Source: Sulfurovum sp. (GTDB taxonomy: Bacteria > Campylobacterota > Campylobacteria > Campylobacterales > Sulfurovaceae). From it: 64,000 nt of DNA. A program made the position numbers and the translations under genes. Location of the stretch: positions 48,347 through 112,346 of the forward strand of contig JAMOSB010000012.1 of NCBI GenBank assembly GCA_027068485.1, given 5' to 3'. Every line of letters starts with the position of its first letter. Position 1 is the stretch's first letter. Positions 1 to 8,922 of this stretch are shown here, piece after piece. The notes under the pieces were generated by a model. It made no database searches, was not told where the DNA came from, and saw only the letters and a list, made by a program, of their open reading frames with translations.

Positions 1-29
1 TCCAACCAGAAGGGGGCAAAGAGGGGGCG

Positions 30-1463
30 ATGATCGAGCAAAAAGAGGATGATCCCAACCACTTTTGTGGTAGCTACTTCAAGGGGCTAACATGGCAAAA
101 GGCTGATACGGATGCGATGGAGTATGTCTACTACCTCACCAAAGAGGTCTTTGACAACGCGTCTCAGAAGATCTTCAACGCCACCCATGGTGGAAGACTA
201 GAGGTCTTTCCTCGTGTTGCGTTTGAGTCTCTTTTCCCACATGCCAACCACACCAAACTCTCTGTACCTATCACAACAACCGATAGGACTAAGACCCTTG
301 TTGTATCGATCAATCCTGATTTGGAAAATAGCTTTGGACACTATCTTCACTATGATCTTACTATCGCAAATCATCTCTCTAATCAGAGTCAACTCTTTAT
401 CCTTGCCAATAAAACCCTCTCAGAGGAGTTAGGCAAAACCCATCGTACCATTCTACCTACCTTCACACATAAAAGCTGGAATATTGGACTCCCCGAACAA
501 CGAACCCCTAGCAGAGATAAGCAGTTTACCCTAGAGCTACTCAATGCTATCGCAACACTCGATCACCTACAAACTAACAAACTCTTCTATCTCTATACGG
601 GGAGCCTCAACCATGCTGAGCTTATCTATACTATACTTGAAGCCTATGATATTCCCTATACTTTCCATATCAATCTCTTTAGAGAGCATTTCAATGTTGA
701 GTACATCCAATCACACCTAACAGAGACCTTGGCACGCCTAGAGAAACTTAGTCAAACAAAACAGATCAAGCTCTATATCGACTCAGAAGAGATGAATGAG
801 ACCTTCCAATCACTCCTAGGTGTAACATTTGCTAAATGGACGATGTTTCCTGTGACCAACTTTGATGTCCCCACAACACCACTCCTAGAACAAACCCCCA
901 ACCAACACCTCAATGTCATCTTCCCTGGCAATCTTAGATTAGAGAAAGGGTTTGACCTCACCACCTCTGCAGTCAATAGGCTCGCCAAACAAAACCTCAA
1001 TGTCTATATCCGTTCTACGCTCATCAATATTAAAGATAAAGCAATTGCAGACTTATTAACACAGATTGATAATCGTGTTAATATCATTGAGGGAGTACTA
1101 AGTGAATCAGCGTACCTCTCACTTATGAAACAGGCTGATATCATCATCCTTCCCTATCGGGTATCAGAGTTTAAGACCCGTACTTCAGGCTTGATGGCAG
1201 ATGCCCTCTACCTCTCCAAACCTGTCATCGCTGCCAAAGGCACATGGATGGGCAATCTTATTGAGCAGTATGAGAATGGTGTGGTATTTGATGATGGAGA
1301 TGCCCAAAGCCTCATTGATGCCGTACTTAAAGTAGAAGCCTCGATCGATAGCTATCGAGCCAATGCAACTGCTTGTAGTCGTGTATGGCGTGAAAAGAAT
1401 AGTGTAAATCTATTAATCGAAACAATCTTTGGACTGGAGACGAATAATGAAAAACAAGATTAA
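30..1463 (+). CDS. Glycosyltransferase-like protein with a GT-B/GT1-type C-terminal half. The frame is open back to nt 3, so the true start could lie upstream of the window.
   Basis: 477-aa ORF. The C-terminal segment ADIIILPYRVSEFKTRTSGLMADALYLSKPVIAAKGTWMGNLIEQYENGVVFDDGD resembles the donor-binding half of GT1/GT4 enzymes. A GAGGGGG SD-like run lies just 5' of ATG 30. There is no in-frame stop between nt 3 and 29. Confidence 0.6.
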   Translation: MIEQKEDDPNHFCGSYFKGLTWQKADTDAMEYVYYLTKEVFDNASQKIFNATHGGRLEVFPRVAFESLFPHANHTKLSVPITTTDRTKTLVVSINPDLENSFGHYLHYDLTIANHLSNQSQLFILANKTLSEELGKTHRTILPTFTHKSWNIGLPEQRTPSRDKQFTLELLNAIATLDHLQTNKLFYLYTGSLNHAELIYTILEAYDIPYTFHINLFREHFNVEYIQSHLTETLARLEKLSQTKQIKLYIDSEEMNETFQSLLGVTFAKWTMFPVTNFDVPTTPLLEQTPNQHLNVIFPGNLRLEKGFDLTTSAVNRLAKQNLNVYIRSTLINIKDKAIADLLTQIDNRVNIIEGVLSESAYLSLMKQADIIILPYRVSEFKTRTSGLMADALYLSKPVIAAKGTWMGNLIEQYENGVVFDDGDAQSLIDAVLKVEASIDSYRANATACSRVWREKNSVNLLIETIFGLETNNEKQD

Positions 1464-1755
1464 TCAAAATGAGATTATGGTAAGGCTACTGCTTTCTTCA
1501 GCAGAAGAACAAGAGAGTGAGATTGAAAATCTCAAAAATCAAGTTAAAAAACTTACGCATGAAAATAAACTCTTAGGAAGAAAAAGAGAACATCTTCTAC
1601 AAGATAAACTCACCCTACAAAATAAATTAAAAAAATATGAGGGTCATCTTAAACAATCAATATGCACACTACGAGATACAAAATTTATCAAAGCACCTCT
1701 TAAAAAATATAGTGCCTACAAAGCAATGATTACTATTTTTCATACGATTAAGTAG
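1447..1755 (+). CDS. Small stand-alone coiled-coil protein (about 102 aa), K/E/L/N-rich.
   Basis: GGAGA at 1436-1440 lies 6 nt before ATG 1447, and the start overlaps the end of the upstream ORF. Heptad-like sequence EIENLKNQVKKLTHENKLLGRKREHLLQDKLTLQNKLKKYE. The tail PLKKYSAYKAMI resembles the tail of the next protein. Confidence 0.55.
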   Translation: MKNKINQNEIMVRLLLSSAEEQESEIENLKNQVKKLTHENKLLGRKREHLLQDKLTLQNKLKKYEGHLKQSICTLRDTKFIKAPLKKYSAYKAMITIFHTIK

Positions 1756-1783
1756 CCGTTGCCCCCTATAGCTAGGGTAACGG
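1756..1783 (+). terminator. Stem-loop directly after the coiled-coil ORF stop; possible attenuator or weak terminator.
   Basis: CCGTTGCCC (1756-1764) pairs with GGGTAACGG (1775-1783), including one G-U pair, around a 10-nt loop. No clear T-run follows. Confidence 0.3.
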
Positions 1784-1813
1784 TACTTAACCCCTTCCGA
1801 ACTTCGTTTAGTG

Positions 1814-1819
1814 TATAAT
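1814..1819 (+). promoter_or_regulatory. Candidate -10 box (TATAAT) upstream of the sulfotransferase-GT2 gene.
   Basis: Perfect TATAAT at 1814-1819, 35 nt upstream of GTG 1854, inside a 98-nt intergenic gap. Confidence 0.35.
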
Positions 1820-1853
1820 ACCCCCAAAACAAATTCTCCAAAAGGTTTCTACT

Positions 1854-3485
1854 GTGATTGTTTGGCTCGTATCGTACCCTCAAAGTGGTGATGCTTTAGT
1901 GCGTCACCTCCTACACCAAATCTTTGGGATTGAAGTAGAGACGGTTGAGGAGCAAAAGCAATCACTCACCACCCTCCGTCAAGCAGACACCCCCACCTAT
2001 CTTACAACCCACCACCATCCAGATCAGACGATTTATCCTGAAGATAAGGTACTCTATCTACTTCGTGATGGACGAGAGAGTACACTGCTCTACTACCAAG
2101 CCATAGCATCGGACTATACTTTGCGTGAGGTGATTGTAGGAGAGGTACCTCTAGGCAATTGGGGTACACATCTAGGCGCATGGGATCCCCAACAGCGTCC
2201 CAATACCCTCTTGATACACTATGAAAAACTCCTCCAAGACCCCTATAGCCAGATCCCTTCTATCGCACACTTTTTGGTATGCACACCACAAGAGAAGCCC
2301 CTCTCTTCACTCTCTGCCTATACAACACCTATCACACACACCTATAGCCCAGCAGAGGAGAACCTCTTCTATGCCAAACACTCCCTACGACTCAAAGAGT
2401 ACGGCTATACTATTCCTCCTCACCCCTCTGCCCCCTCTAGTGAGCTAAAGATCTCAGTGATTACCCCCTCTTTGAATGCGGGAGAGTATATTGAGCGGGC
2501 GATAGAGAGTGTACTCGATCAGCACTACCCAAACTTTGAACATATTGTTATTGATGCACAATCGACCGATAACACCCTAGAGATACTACGACGCTATCCT
2601 CATCTTAAGTGGATTAGTGAACCAGACACAGGACAATCCAATGCCATGAACAAAGGCTTCGCCCTTGCCTCAGGAGATATCATCGTCATCCTCAACCATG
2701 ATGACTACTTCATCCCCAATGCCTTTCATAGTGTTATCCCTTACTTTGAAGCAGGTGAGCAGTTTGTTGTAGGCGATCTTCTTGTACATGATATGACACA
2801 ACGCGAAGTGGTAGTCTCACCCCAAACCACACATGAAGCGATCCTACACCACTGGCGTAAACGCGACTATATCACTCCCACCCATGCACGCTCCTCCTTC
2901 CCCAACAACCCCGTACAGTACTTCTATACCAAAGCCGTACAGCACGCATGCCCATTTAACGAATCCAACCACTTTACCATGGATATTGAGTTTCTTATCG
3001 ATGCCTCAGCGTCTTACTCATTTTGTAAAATCGATACTATTTTAGGAGTCTACTTCCGCAGAGAAGATGCCAAAGCAGTCGTAGCAACCAGTGATGCACT
3101 CCACTACTGGACTTTTGAGACCTTTGCCTATATCGATCGCTATATTCAGCACTGGAAGCCTGAGAAGCTCCTACAATTCAAAGCTGCACAATCACAAGGC
3201 TACCTAGAGCATATCAGCCACAAGCTACTCCAAACGATTACCCAGCAAAACAAAGAGATCAAACAACAACAGCAACAGATTGAGCAACAAACACAAGAGA
3301 TAGCAGAGACGACCCATACACTCTCAGAGGTGACTCATCAGCTCACCTCTCTAATGGAGAGTATCGAAGAGATCACAACGCACCCCATCACCTCACAACC
3401 ACTCAAAAAGCTCAAAGCCTACCAAACCATGCTCGATAGATTCGATCATACTAGAAAGGAGAGACCCCTATGTCTATCAAAGTAA
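1854..3485 (+). CDS. Three-module fusion: N-terminal sulfotransferase-fold domain, central GT2 glycosyltransferase, C-terminal Q/E-rich coiled coil.
   Basis: GTG start. Sulfotransferase-like blocks are VSYPQSGDALV (5'-PSB-like loop), THHHP, KVLYLLRDGRESTLLYY (3'-PB-like RxxRxxxxS), GNWGTHLGAW and LLIHYEKLLQDPYSQIPSIAHFL. GT2 block: ISVITPSLNAGEYIERAIESVLDQHYPNFEHIVIDAQSTDNT...NHDDY. Coiled coil: QQNKEIKQQQQQIEQQTQEIAE. Confidence 0.8.
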   Translation: MIVWLVSYPQSGDALVRHLLHQIFGIEVETVEEQKQSLTTLRQADTPTYLTTHHHPDQTIYPEDKVLYLLRDGRESTLLYYQAIASDYTLREVIVGEVPLGNWGTHLGAWDPQQRPNTLLIHYEKLLQDPYSQIPSIAHFLVCTPQEKPLSSLSAYTTPITHTYSPAEENLFYAKHSLRLKEYGYTIPPHPSAPSSELKISVITPSLNAGEYIERAIESVLDQHYPNFEHIVIDAQSTDNTLEILRRYPHLKWISEPDTGQSNAMNKGFALASGDIIVILNHDDYFIPNAFHSVIPYFEAGEQFVVGDLLVHDMTQREVVVSPQTTHEAILHHWRKRDYITPTHARSSFPNNPVQYFYTKAVQHACPFNESNHFTMDIEFLIDASASYSFCKIDTILGVYFRREDAKAVVATSDALHYWTFETFAYIDRYIQHWKPEKLLQFKAAQSQGYLEHISHKLLQTITQQNKEIKQQQQQIEQQTQEIAETTHTLSEVTHQLTSLMESIEEITTHPITSQPLKKLKAYQTMLDRFDHTRKERPLCLSK

Positions 3486-5662
3486 GTCTCATTATCCCCG
3501 TTTATAATGTTGAGTCCTATCTACGCAACTGTTTAGACTCCGCCTGCACGCAAACCCTCCAAGAGATTGAGATTGTCGTCGTCAACGATGGCTCTACCGA
3601 TCAGAGTCTCTCCATACTTACGGAGTATCAAGCTAAAGATCCTAGAGTCAAACTCTTCTCACAATCCAATCAAGGGCAAGGCTACGCACGCAACCTTGCT
3701 ATACGAGAAGCCGTAGGGGAGTTTATCTTTTGCCTTGATGGTGATGATATCATCGCTCCACATACACTCGCCCAACTCTACCAAAAATCCCAAGATGAAG
3801 CCTCCGATGTAGTCATCTGTGGCTGGCAACGCATCGATGAGATGAGTGGTGATATCCTTGCTACGCGTGAAGATATCCATGCACTCAAATCCTATGACAA
3901 AGAGACCATCAACCGTACGATTTTTTCAGGACGGATGAATCTCATGGCGTGTGCATCACTAATCAAACGCTCTATTATCACCGATAACTACATCCTCTAC
4001 CCCAACCTCCTCCATGAAGATCTCTATGTCATGCCAAAGGTCTACTTCTTTGCCAAGAAGATTACAATCGATACAGAGAACCTCTACAGCTGGTTGGTAC
4101 GCAGTACCTCCACCACCAATACCTTTACGATGCAACACGCCATTGGTATCGCGGGAATTGCCAATGAGTGGCGTATGTTTCTACTCAAAGAGGGGGTCTA
4201 TGAGAGCTATAAAGATGCCTATGTCCAAGGGGTAATTGCCTATCTTGACTCCTATCTACGCAAAGTCTATGCGTTTGCCACCCCCCAAGAGAAAGACCAA
4301 CTCCTTGAGTTTCTCACTGATACTTTACGGGGGATTCATGAGCTTGCAGACTACAGCATCATCCTCTCAGACAAGGAGCTTGAAGCACGCAAATCGCTAC
4401 TACACTTCTACCAAAATGTCACCTCTCACAAACAGACAAACTGTAAAAAACTTGTCGTTCAAAATAGCCTACTCAAATCACAACTCAATGAGATAAAATC
4501 CTCACGAGGCTACAAACTACTACTCAAGTACTACCGTACACGCGAACGGCACCTCCCGATAGGAAGTCGACGCAGAGAGGTGGTAAAACATCTTGCCAAC
4601 TTCATCGCCAAGCGAGAGCTCTCTGTCCTCAAACCCAACAAAAACCCCAAACGCCCTACACCCCAGATGCACTATGACATTATCTTTCTACCACACAAAG
4701 ATTATCAAGTCTGGACTATGGGGCTTATCACCCGCGCACTCAAAGCAGAAGGCATTACCGCGTGTATGATGGATCTCACCGACTACTACAAGGATGAAGG
4801 GGCGAGAGAGGCGATTAAACAGTTTGAGGATATTGACTTTAAAGACCTCTCTGTACTACTAGAGCATCAAGTCTCCTATGATGCCTTGATCTGTATGAAT
4901 GATTGGGATCAGAAGGTAACACGCCCCTTGATCTTAGAGGCACAAAAAGATGGTAAAAAAACCATTGGGATTATCGAAGGGATCAATGACTTCCATGATA
5001 GTGATATCCCATGGCAACGCCACGCTTACCAGACCGTAGAGTATCTCCTTATGACAGGGGAACACGATAGAACCTTCTTCCCAAGCAAAACAGACAAGAG
5101 CTATGTCATCGGGGTACCTCGTCTCCAAGAGCTGATGCAAGAGACTCCACACTTCCCCAAAAAGCCCCTAGCCGTTATCAATCTCAACTTCTCTTATGGT
5201 ATCTTAGAAGATCAACGCGATGCATGGTTAACCAGTGTCCTAGAGGGGTGTAGCATTGCCAATATCGATTATGTGATTACACAGCACCCCGCAGACCATG
5301 CCGATTTGAGTGACTACCATGTCTCAACCAAAAATATGTATGATACAATTCGAGAAGGGACGATTATCATTAGCCGTTTTGGATCGATTATCCTAGAGGC
5401 ACTTGCGATGGGTAAACCCGCTATCTATCACAACCCGCATCAGGAGAAAGTAGTGAAGTTCCAAGACCCTATGGGTGCCTATAGCACCAGCCAAACCGTC
5501 CAAGAGCTAGCAGAGGCGATTAGGTTTGAACTCGGCTTATCGGTAGATTATCGAGAACGAGCCAACACCTTTTTGAATCACCACTGCAATATCAACCAAA
5601 CCCAGAGTTCTGCGACCCTTGCAGCCAAAGTTATCACCACAATCCTAAAGGAGCACTCATGA
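3470..5662 (+). CDS. Two-domain glycosyltransferase: N-terminal GT2, short coiled-coil linker, and a C-terminal GT-B-like domain (TagF/capsule-synthesis-like).
   Basis: AGGAGAG RBS, and a 16-nt overlap with the upstream gene. GT2 block: VSLIIPVYNVESYLRNCLDSACTQTLQEIEIVVVNDGSTDQS...LDGDD. The C-terminal IISRFGSIILEALAMGKPAIYHNP is typical of GT-B donor-binding halves. Confidence 0.8.
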   Translation: MSIKVSLIIPVYNVESYLRNCLDSACTQTLQEIEIVVVNDGSTDQSLSILTEYQAKDPRVKLFSQSNQGQGYARNLAIREAVGEFIFCLDGDDIIAPHTLAQLYQKSQDEASDVVICGWQRIDEMSGDILATREDIHALKSYDKETINRTIFSGRMNLMACASLIKRSIITDNYILYPNLLHEDLYVMPKVYFFAKKITIDTENLYSWLVRSTSTTNTFTMQHAIGIAGIANEWRMFLLKEGVYESYKDAYVQGVIAYLDSYLRKVYAFATPQEKDQLLEFLTDTLRGIHELADYSIILSDKELEARKSLLHFYQNVTSHKQTNCKKLVVQNSLLKSQLNEIKSSRGYKLLLKYYRTRERHLPIGSRRREVVKHLANFIAKRELSVLKPNKNPKRPTPQMHYDIIFLPHKDYQVWTMGLITRALKAEGITACMMDLTDYYKDEGAREAIKQFEDIDFKDLSVLLEHQVSYDALICMNDWDQKVTRPLILEAQKDGKKTIGIIEGINDFHDSDIPWQRHAYQTVEYLLMTGEHDRTFFPSKTDKSYVIGVPRLQELMQETPHFPKKPLAVINLNFSYGILEDQRDAWLTSVLEGCSIANIDYVITQHPADHADLSDYHVSTKNMYDTIREGTIIISRFGSIILEALAMGKPAIYHNPHQEKVVKFQDPMGAYSTSQTVQELAEAIRFELGLSVDYRERANTFLNHHCNINQTQSSATLAAKVITTILKEHS

Positions 5663-6333
5663 AACTCAAAGCCCTACTCCCGATGAAAGGGACCTCCGAA
5701 CGCGTCCCCAATAAAAATATGAGAGATTTTGATGGTGCACCGCTCTATCATGCTATTATGAAATCACTACTTGCCTCTCAGTATATCGAGGCGGTAGTGA
5801 TCAATACCGATAGCCAGATCATCGCCCAAGATGCCAAGAAGCACTTTGGGGAGCGTGTCATCATCATCGACCGTCCCGAAGCGATCCAAGGAGGCGATGT
5901 CTCGATGAACCTCATCATCGACTATGATCTCCAACAGCTTGGAGGAGAACACTTCCTACAGACACACAGCACCAACCCACTCTTGCGTGCGGAGACGATT
6001 GACCATGCAGTAGAGGCGTACTTTGCCAAGCTTGATCAACACGATTCGCTCTTTGGGGTGACACGGGTACAGACACGCTTCTATGACAAAGATGCCAACC
6101 CTATCAACCACAACCCCCAAGAGCTTCTACGCACCCAAGACCTTGAGCCTCTCTATGAGGAGAACTCCAACTTCTACCTCTTCTCCAAAGCCTCCTTTGA
6201 AGCATCCCAGAAAAAACGCATCGGGCTTACCCCTCAGATCTTTGAGGTCAACAAACTCGAAGCGGTCGATATCGATGAGCCAGAGGATTTCAAACTCGCA
6301 GAACTACTACATATACATAAGGATCACCTATGA
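5659..6333 (+). CDS. Acylneuraminate/CMP-sugar-acid cytidylyltransferase family protein (NeuA/KdsB-like fold).
   Basis: ATGA overlap with the upstream gene. N-terminal LLPMKGTSERVPNKNMRDFDGAPLYHAIMKSL and HSTNPLL are characteristic of the CTP_transf_3 family. Confidence 0.85.
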   Translation: MKLKALLPMKGTSERVPNKNMRDFDGAPLYHAIMKSLLASQYIEAVVINTDSQIIAQDAKKHFGERVIIIDRPEAIQGGDVSMNLIIDYDLQQLGGEHFLQTHSTNPLLRAETIDHAVEAYFAKLDQHDSLFGVTRVQTRFYDKDANPINHNPQELLRTQDLEPLYEENSNFYLFSKASFEASQKKRIGLTPQIFEVNKLEAVDIDEPEDFKLAELLHIHKDHL

Positions 6334-7094
6334 GTCTAAAGAAAAAACTACAAAACAATCAGCTGACCCTCGGTAGCTGGATTATGATGGGCAACACCAT
6401 GAGTGTCGAGGTGATGGCACTGGCTGGATTTGAGTGGTTGGTGGTCGATAGCGAACACACCGCGATGGATATGGAGACGATACAGACCCTTATCGCCACA
6501 ATCCAAGCCAAAGGGATCAAAGCCCTTGTACGCGTGAGCAAAAACGAAGAGGTGGTGATCAAAAAAGTACTCGATATGGGTGCAGATGGGATCATCGTCC
6601 CGATGGTCTGCTCTCAAGATGATGCCAAGCAAGCTGTCGCCTACGCCAAGTACCCCCCTGTGGGCAAGCGTGGAGTGGGACTCTACCGCGCACAGCAGTT
6701 TGGTATGGGCTTTGAGGCGTATAAGAAGTGGGTCGATGAGGAGCTTGTCATTATCGCTCAGATTGAGCATATCGATGCAGTCAACTCGATCGATGCGATT
6801 TTAGCGGTTGAGGGGATCGATGGGACAATTATTGGTCCTTATGATCTCTCAGGTAGTATGGGATACCCAGGGGAGTTTGAGCGAGAGGATGTCAAAGAGG
6901 CTGTCCAAAAAGTCCTCGATCGATGTCACGCACACAATATCCCCTCAGGGTTCCATGTTGTCGATACCGACCCTGCCAAACTCCAACTCAAGATAGACCA
7001 AGGGTGTACCTTCCTTGCGTATGGTATCGACTACTTCTTTATGCGAGATGCGGCTATCTCTGGGATGAAAACCTTACGAGAGGAGAATGCGTAG
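6330..7094 (+). CDS. HpcH/HpaI-family class II (divalent-metal) pyruvate aldolase.
   Basis: ATGA overlap. LGSWIMMGNTMSVEVMALAGFEWLVVDSEHTAMD...LVRVSKNEEVVIKKVLDMGADGIIVPMV...IAQIEHIDAV...GPYDLS matches the 2-keto-3-deoxy-acid aldolase family. Confidence 0.85.
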   Translation: MSLKKKLQNNQLTLGSWIMMGNTMSVEVMALAGFEWLVVDSEHTAMDMETIQTLIATIQAKGIKALVRVSKNEEVVIKKVLDMGADGIIVPMVCSQDDAKQAVAYAKYPPVGKRGVGLYRAQQFGMGFEAYKKWVDEELVIIAQIEHIDAVNSIDAILAVEGIDGTIIGPYDLSGSMGYPGEFEREDVKEAVQKVLDRCHAHNIPSGFHVVDTDPAKLQLKIDQGCTFLAYGIDYFFMRDAAISGMKTLREENA

Positions 7095-8048
7095 ATGAAA
7101 GTATTTGTATCCACCCATCCCTTCTCCTCCACCTCACCCCTCCCAATGCAACTCGTAGAGGAGCATCGCATTGAGCTAAGCCTCAATGAACACGGCAGAA
7201 AGATCACCTCCGCAGAGCTAGCAGAGGATATCAAAGATGCCGAGGTACTCATCGCAGGGACAGAGAAGATCACCCAAGCAGTCTTTGAGAATGCCCCCAA
7301 CCTCAAGCTCATCTCACGGGTTGGGATCGGACTCGATGGGATCGACTTTGATCTGTGTCAGCAGTATGGTGTACGCGTCGCCTACACCCCTGATGCCCCC
7401 ACGATGGCAGTAGCAGAGCTGTGTGTGGGGATGATACTTGACCTTGCACGCAAGATCTCCACCACCAATACCCAGATCAAAGCAGGTATCTGGCACCGTC
7501 ACATGGGGACACTCCTCTATGGCAAAACGGTAGGGATCTTTGGGATGGGACGCATCGGCAAGAGCCTCATTCACCTCCTTAGTGGGTTCAATGTCACCTT
7601 CAAAGTCTATGATACCACCCCTGATCTCGCCTTTGGACGACTCTATGGTGTGGAGTTTGTCTCCAAAGAGAGCGTACTCTCCCAGAGTGATATCCTCTCG
7701 GTCAATGTCCCACTCAAAGCCGATACCCTTGACTATATCACCCTCAAAGAGCTTAAGATGATCCAACCCCACGCACTCCTCATCAACACCGCAAGAGGGG
7801 GGATCGTCAATGAAGCCGACCTCTATACGGCACTCAAAGAGGAGATCATCGCAGGGGCTGCGATCGATGTCTTTGAGGAGGAACCCTACACAGGAGTATT
7901 GACCCAACTTGACAATGCCCTACTCACCTGCCACATGGGTGCGAGTACCATCGATAGCCGTACCGATATGGAGGTACAAGCCCTAGAGGAGGCGATACGC
8001 TACCAAAACAACCTCCCCCTCAAAAATGAGGTATCAAGCAATGCCTAA
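7095..8048 (+). CDS. D-isomer-specific 2-hydroxyacid dehydrogenase (phosphoglycerate/glycerate dehydrogenase-like).
   Basis: Starts 1 nt after the upstream stop. NAD motif GKTVGIFGMGRIGKSL, plus ...LINTARGGIVNEADL... and ...CHMGAST. Confidence 0.85.
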   Translation: MKVFVSTHPFSSTSPLPMQLVEEHRIELSLNEHGRKITSAELAEDIKDAEVLIAGTEKITQAVFENAPNLKLISRVGIGLDGIDFDLCQQYGVRVAYTPDAPTMAVAELCVGMILDLARKISTTNTQIKAGIWHRHMGTLLYGKTVGIFGMGRIGKSLIHLLSGFNVTFKVYDTTPDLAFGRLYGVEFVSKESVLSQSDILSVNVPLKADTLDYITLKELKMIQPHALLINTARGGIVNEADLYTALKEEIIAGAAIDVFEEEPYTGVLTQLDNALLTCHMGASTIDSRTDMEVQALEEAIRYQNNLPLKNEVSSNA

Positions 8049-8922
8049 AAAAATCGTCGTCTTTGGAGGCAATGGATTTATCGGAAGCTATCTGATTGAG
8101 GAGTTGCTAGACCACGGCTACCATGTCATCTCAGCCGATCTCACCCCCTCTAAGTATGTCGATGACCGATACTACACACGGTGTGATATCCTAGATAAGG
8201 CTCAGGTCACTGCCTTGGTAGAGGGTGCCTCTATCGTCTACAACTTCGCAGGCTTTGCCAACCTCGATGATGCCATCGCCAACCCCACCAAAGCCCTAGA
8301 GCTCAATGTCATGGGTAACCTCAATATCTTAGAGGCGTGCAAGACACACCATGTCAAGCGGTTTGTCTATGCCAGTAGTGCCTATGCGATGAGTGACAAA
8401 GGCTCCTTCTACGGTATCAGCAAACTCACCTCTGAGAAGCTCACCGAGGAGTACTACAAGAAGTTTGGACTGGAGTTTACTATCGTGCGTTATGGTTCAG
8501 TCTATGGAGAGCGAGACTACCACAACAACTACATCTACAATCTCCTCAAGCAGTCCGTTGCCACACAGGAGATCCACCATAGTGGCGATGGGGAGGAGAT
8601 ACGGGAGTATATCCACGCAGCAGATGTCGCCAAACTTGCACGGGAGATTATCGAGTCAGATGACTTTATCAATGAGCATATTATCCTTACAGGGGTCGAG
8701 CGGATGCAACGCAGAGAGCTTTTTGAGATGATCAATGAGATCTTAGGGGGGAGCCTCACCATCAACCTCAATGATGATGGCTACCACAACCACTACAAAA
8801 CCACCCCCTACTCCTTCCACCCTACACGCAGTAAGAAGCTTGTCGCCAACCCCTATATCGATATGGGGCAGGGGCTGTTAGATTGTCTCAAAGATATCGA
8901 GGAGAACCAGCCCAATGACTAA
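8041..8922 (+). CDS. NAD-dependent epimerase/dehydratase (extended SDR).
   Basis: MPKKIVVFGGNGFIGSYLIEELL Rossmann motif, and YGISK (YxxxK). I prefer ATG 8041 (GAGG 8 nt upstream) over ATG 8026. 8-nt overlap with the upstream gene. Confidence 0.8.
   Translation: MPKKIVVFGGNGFIGSYLIEELLDHGYHVISADLTPSKYVDDRYYTRCDILDKAQVTALVEGASIVYNFAGFANLDDAIANPTKALELNVMGNLNILEACKTHHVKRFVYASSAYAMSDKGSFYGISKLTSEKLTEEYYKKFGLEFTIVRYGSVYGERDYHNNYIYNLLKQSVATQEIHHSGDGEEIREYIHAADVAKLAREIIESDDFINEHIILTGVERMQRRELFEMINEILGGSLTINLNDDGYHNHYKTTPYSFHPTRSKKLVANPYIDMGQGLLDCLKDIEENQPND

Noticed and set aside
6348-7907. Long antisense or overlapping ORFs in the track: 6348-6770, 7031-7312 and 7314-7907 here, and similarly 12860-13294, 17680-18105, 39620-40270, 44212-44916, 45748-46417, 50215-51102 and 61302-61802.
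   Set aside because: Each lies entirely inside, and antisense or out of frame to, a gene with strong family motifs. Their translations are low-complexity with no recognisable motifs and no RBS context. They are typical shadow ORFs of a moderately GC-rich sequence.
8041-8922. Calling the SDR at 8041-8922 hldD (ADP-heptose 6-epimerase) to complete the gmhA/gmhB/hldE pathway.
   Set aside because: It is embedded in the CMP-sugar module on a separate operon. It is shorter than typical HldD and I see no HldD-specific motifs. hldD may simply lie outside the window.
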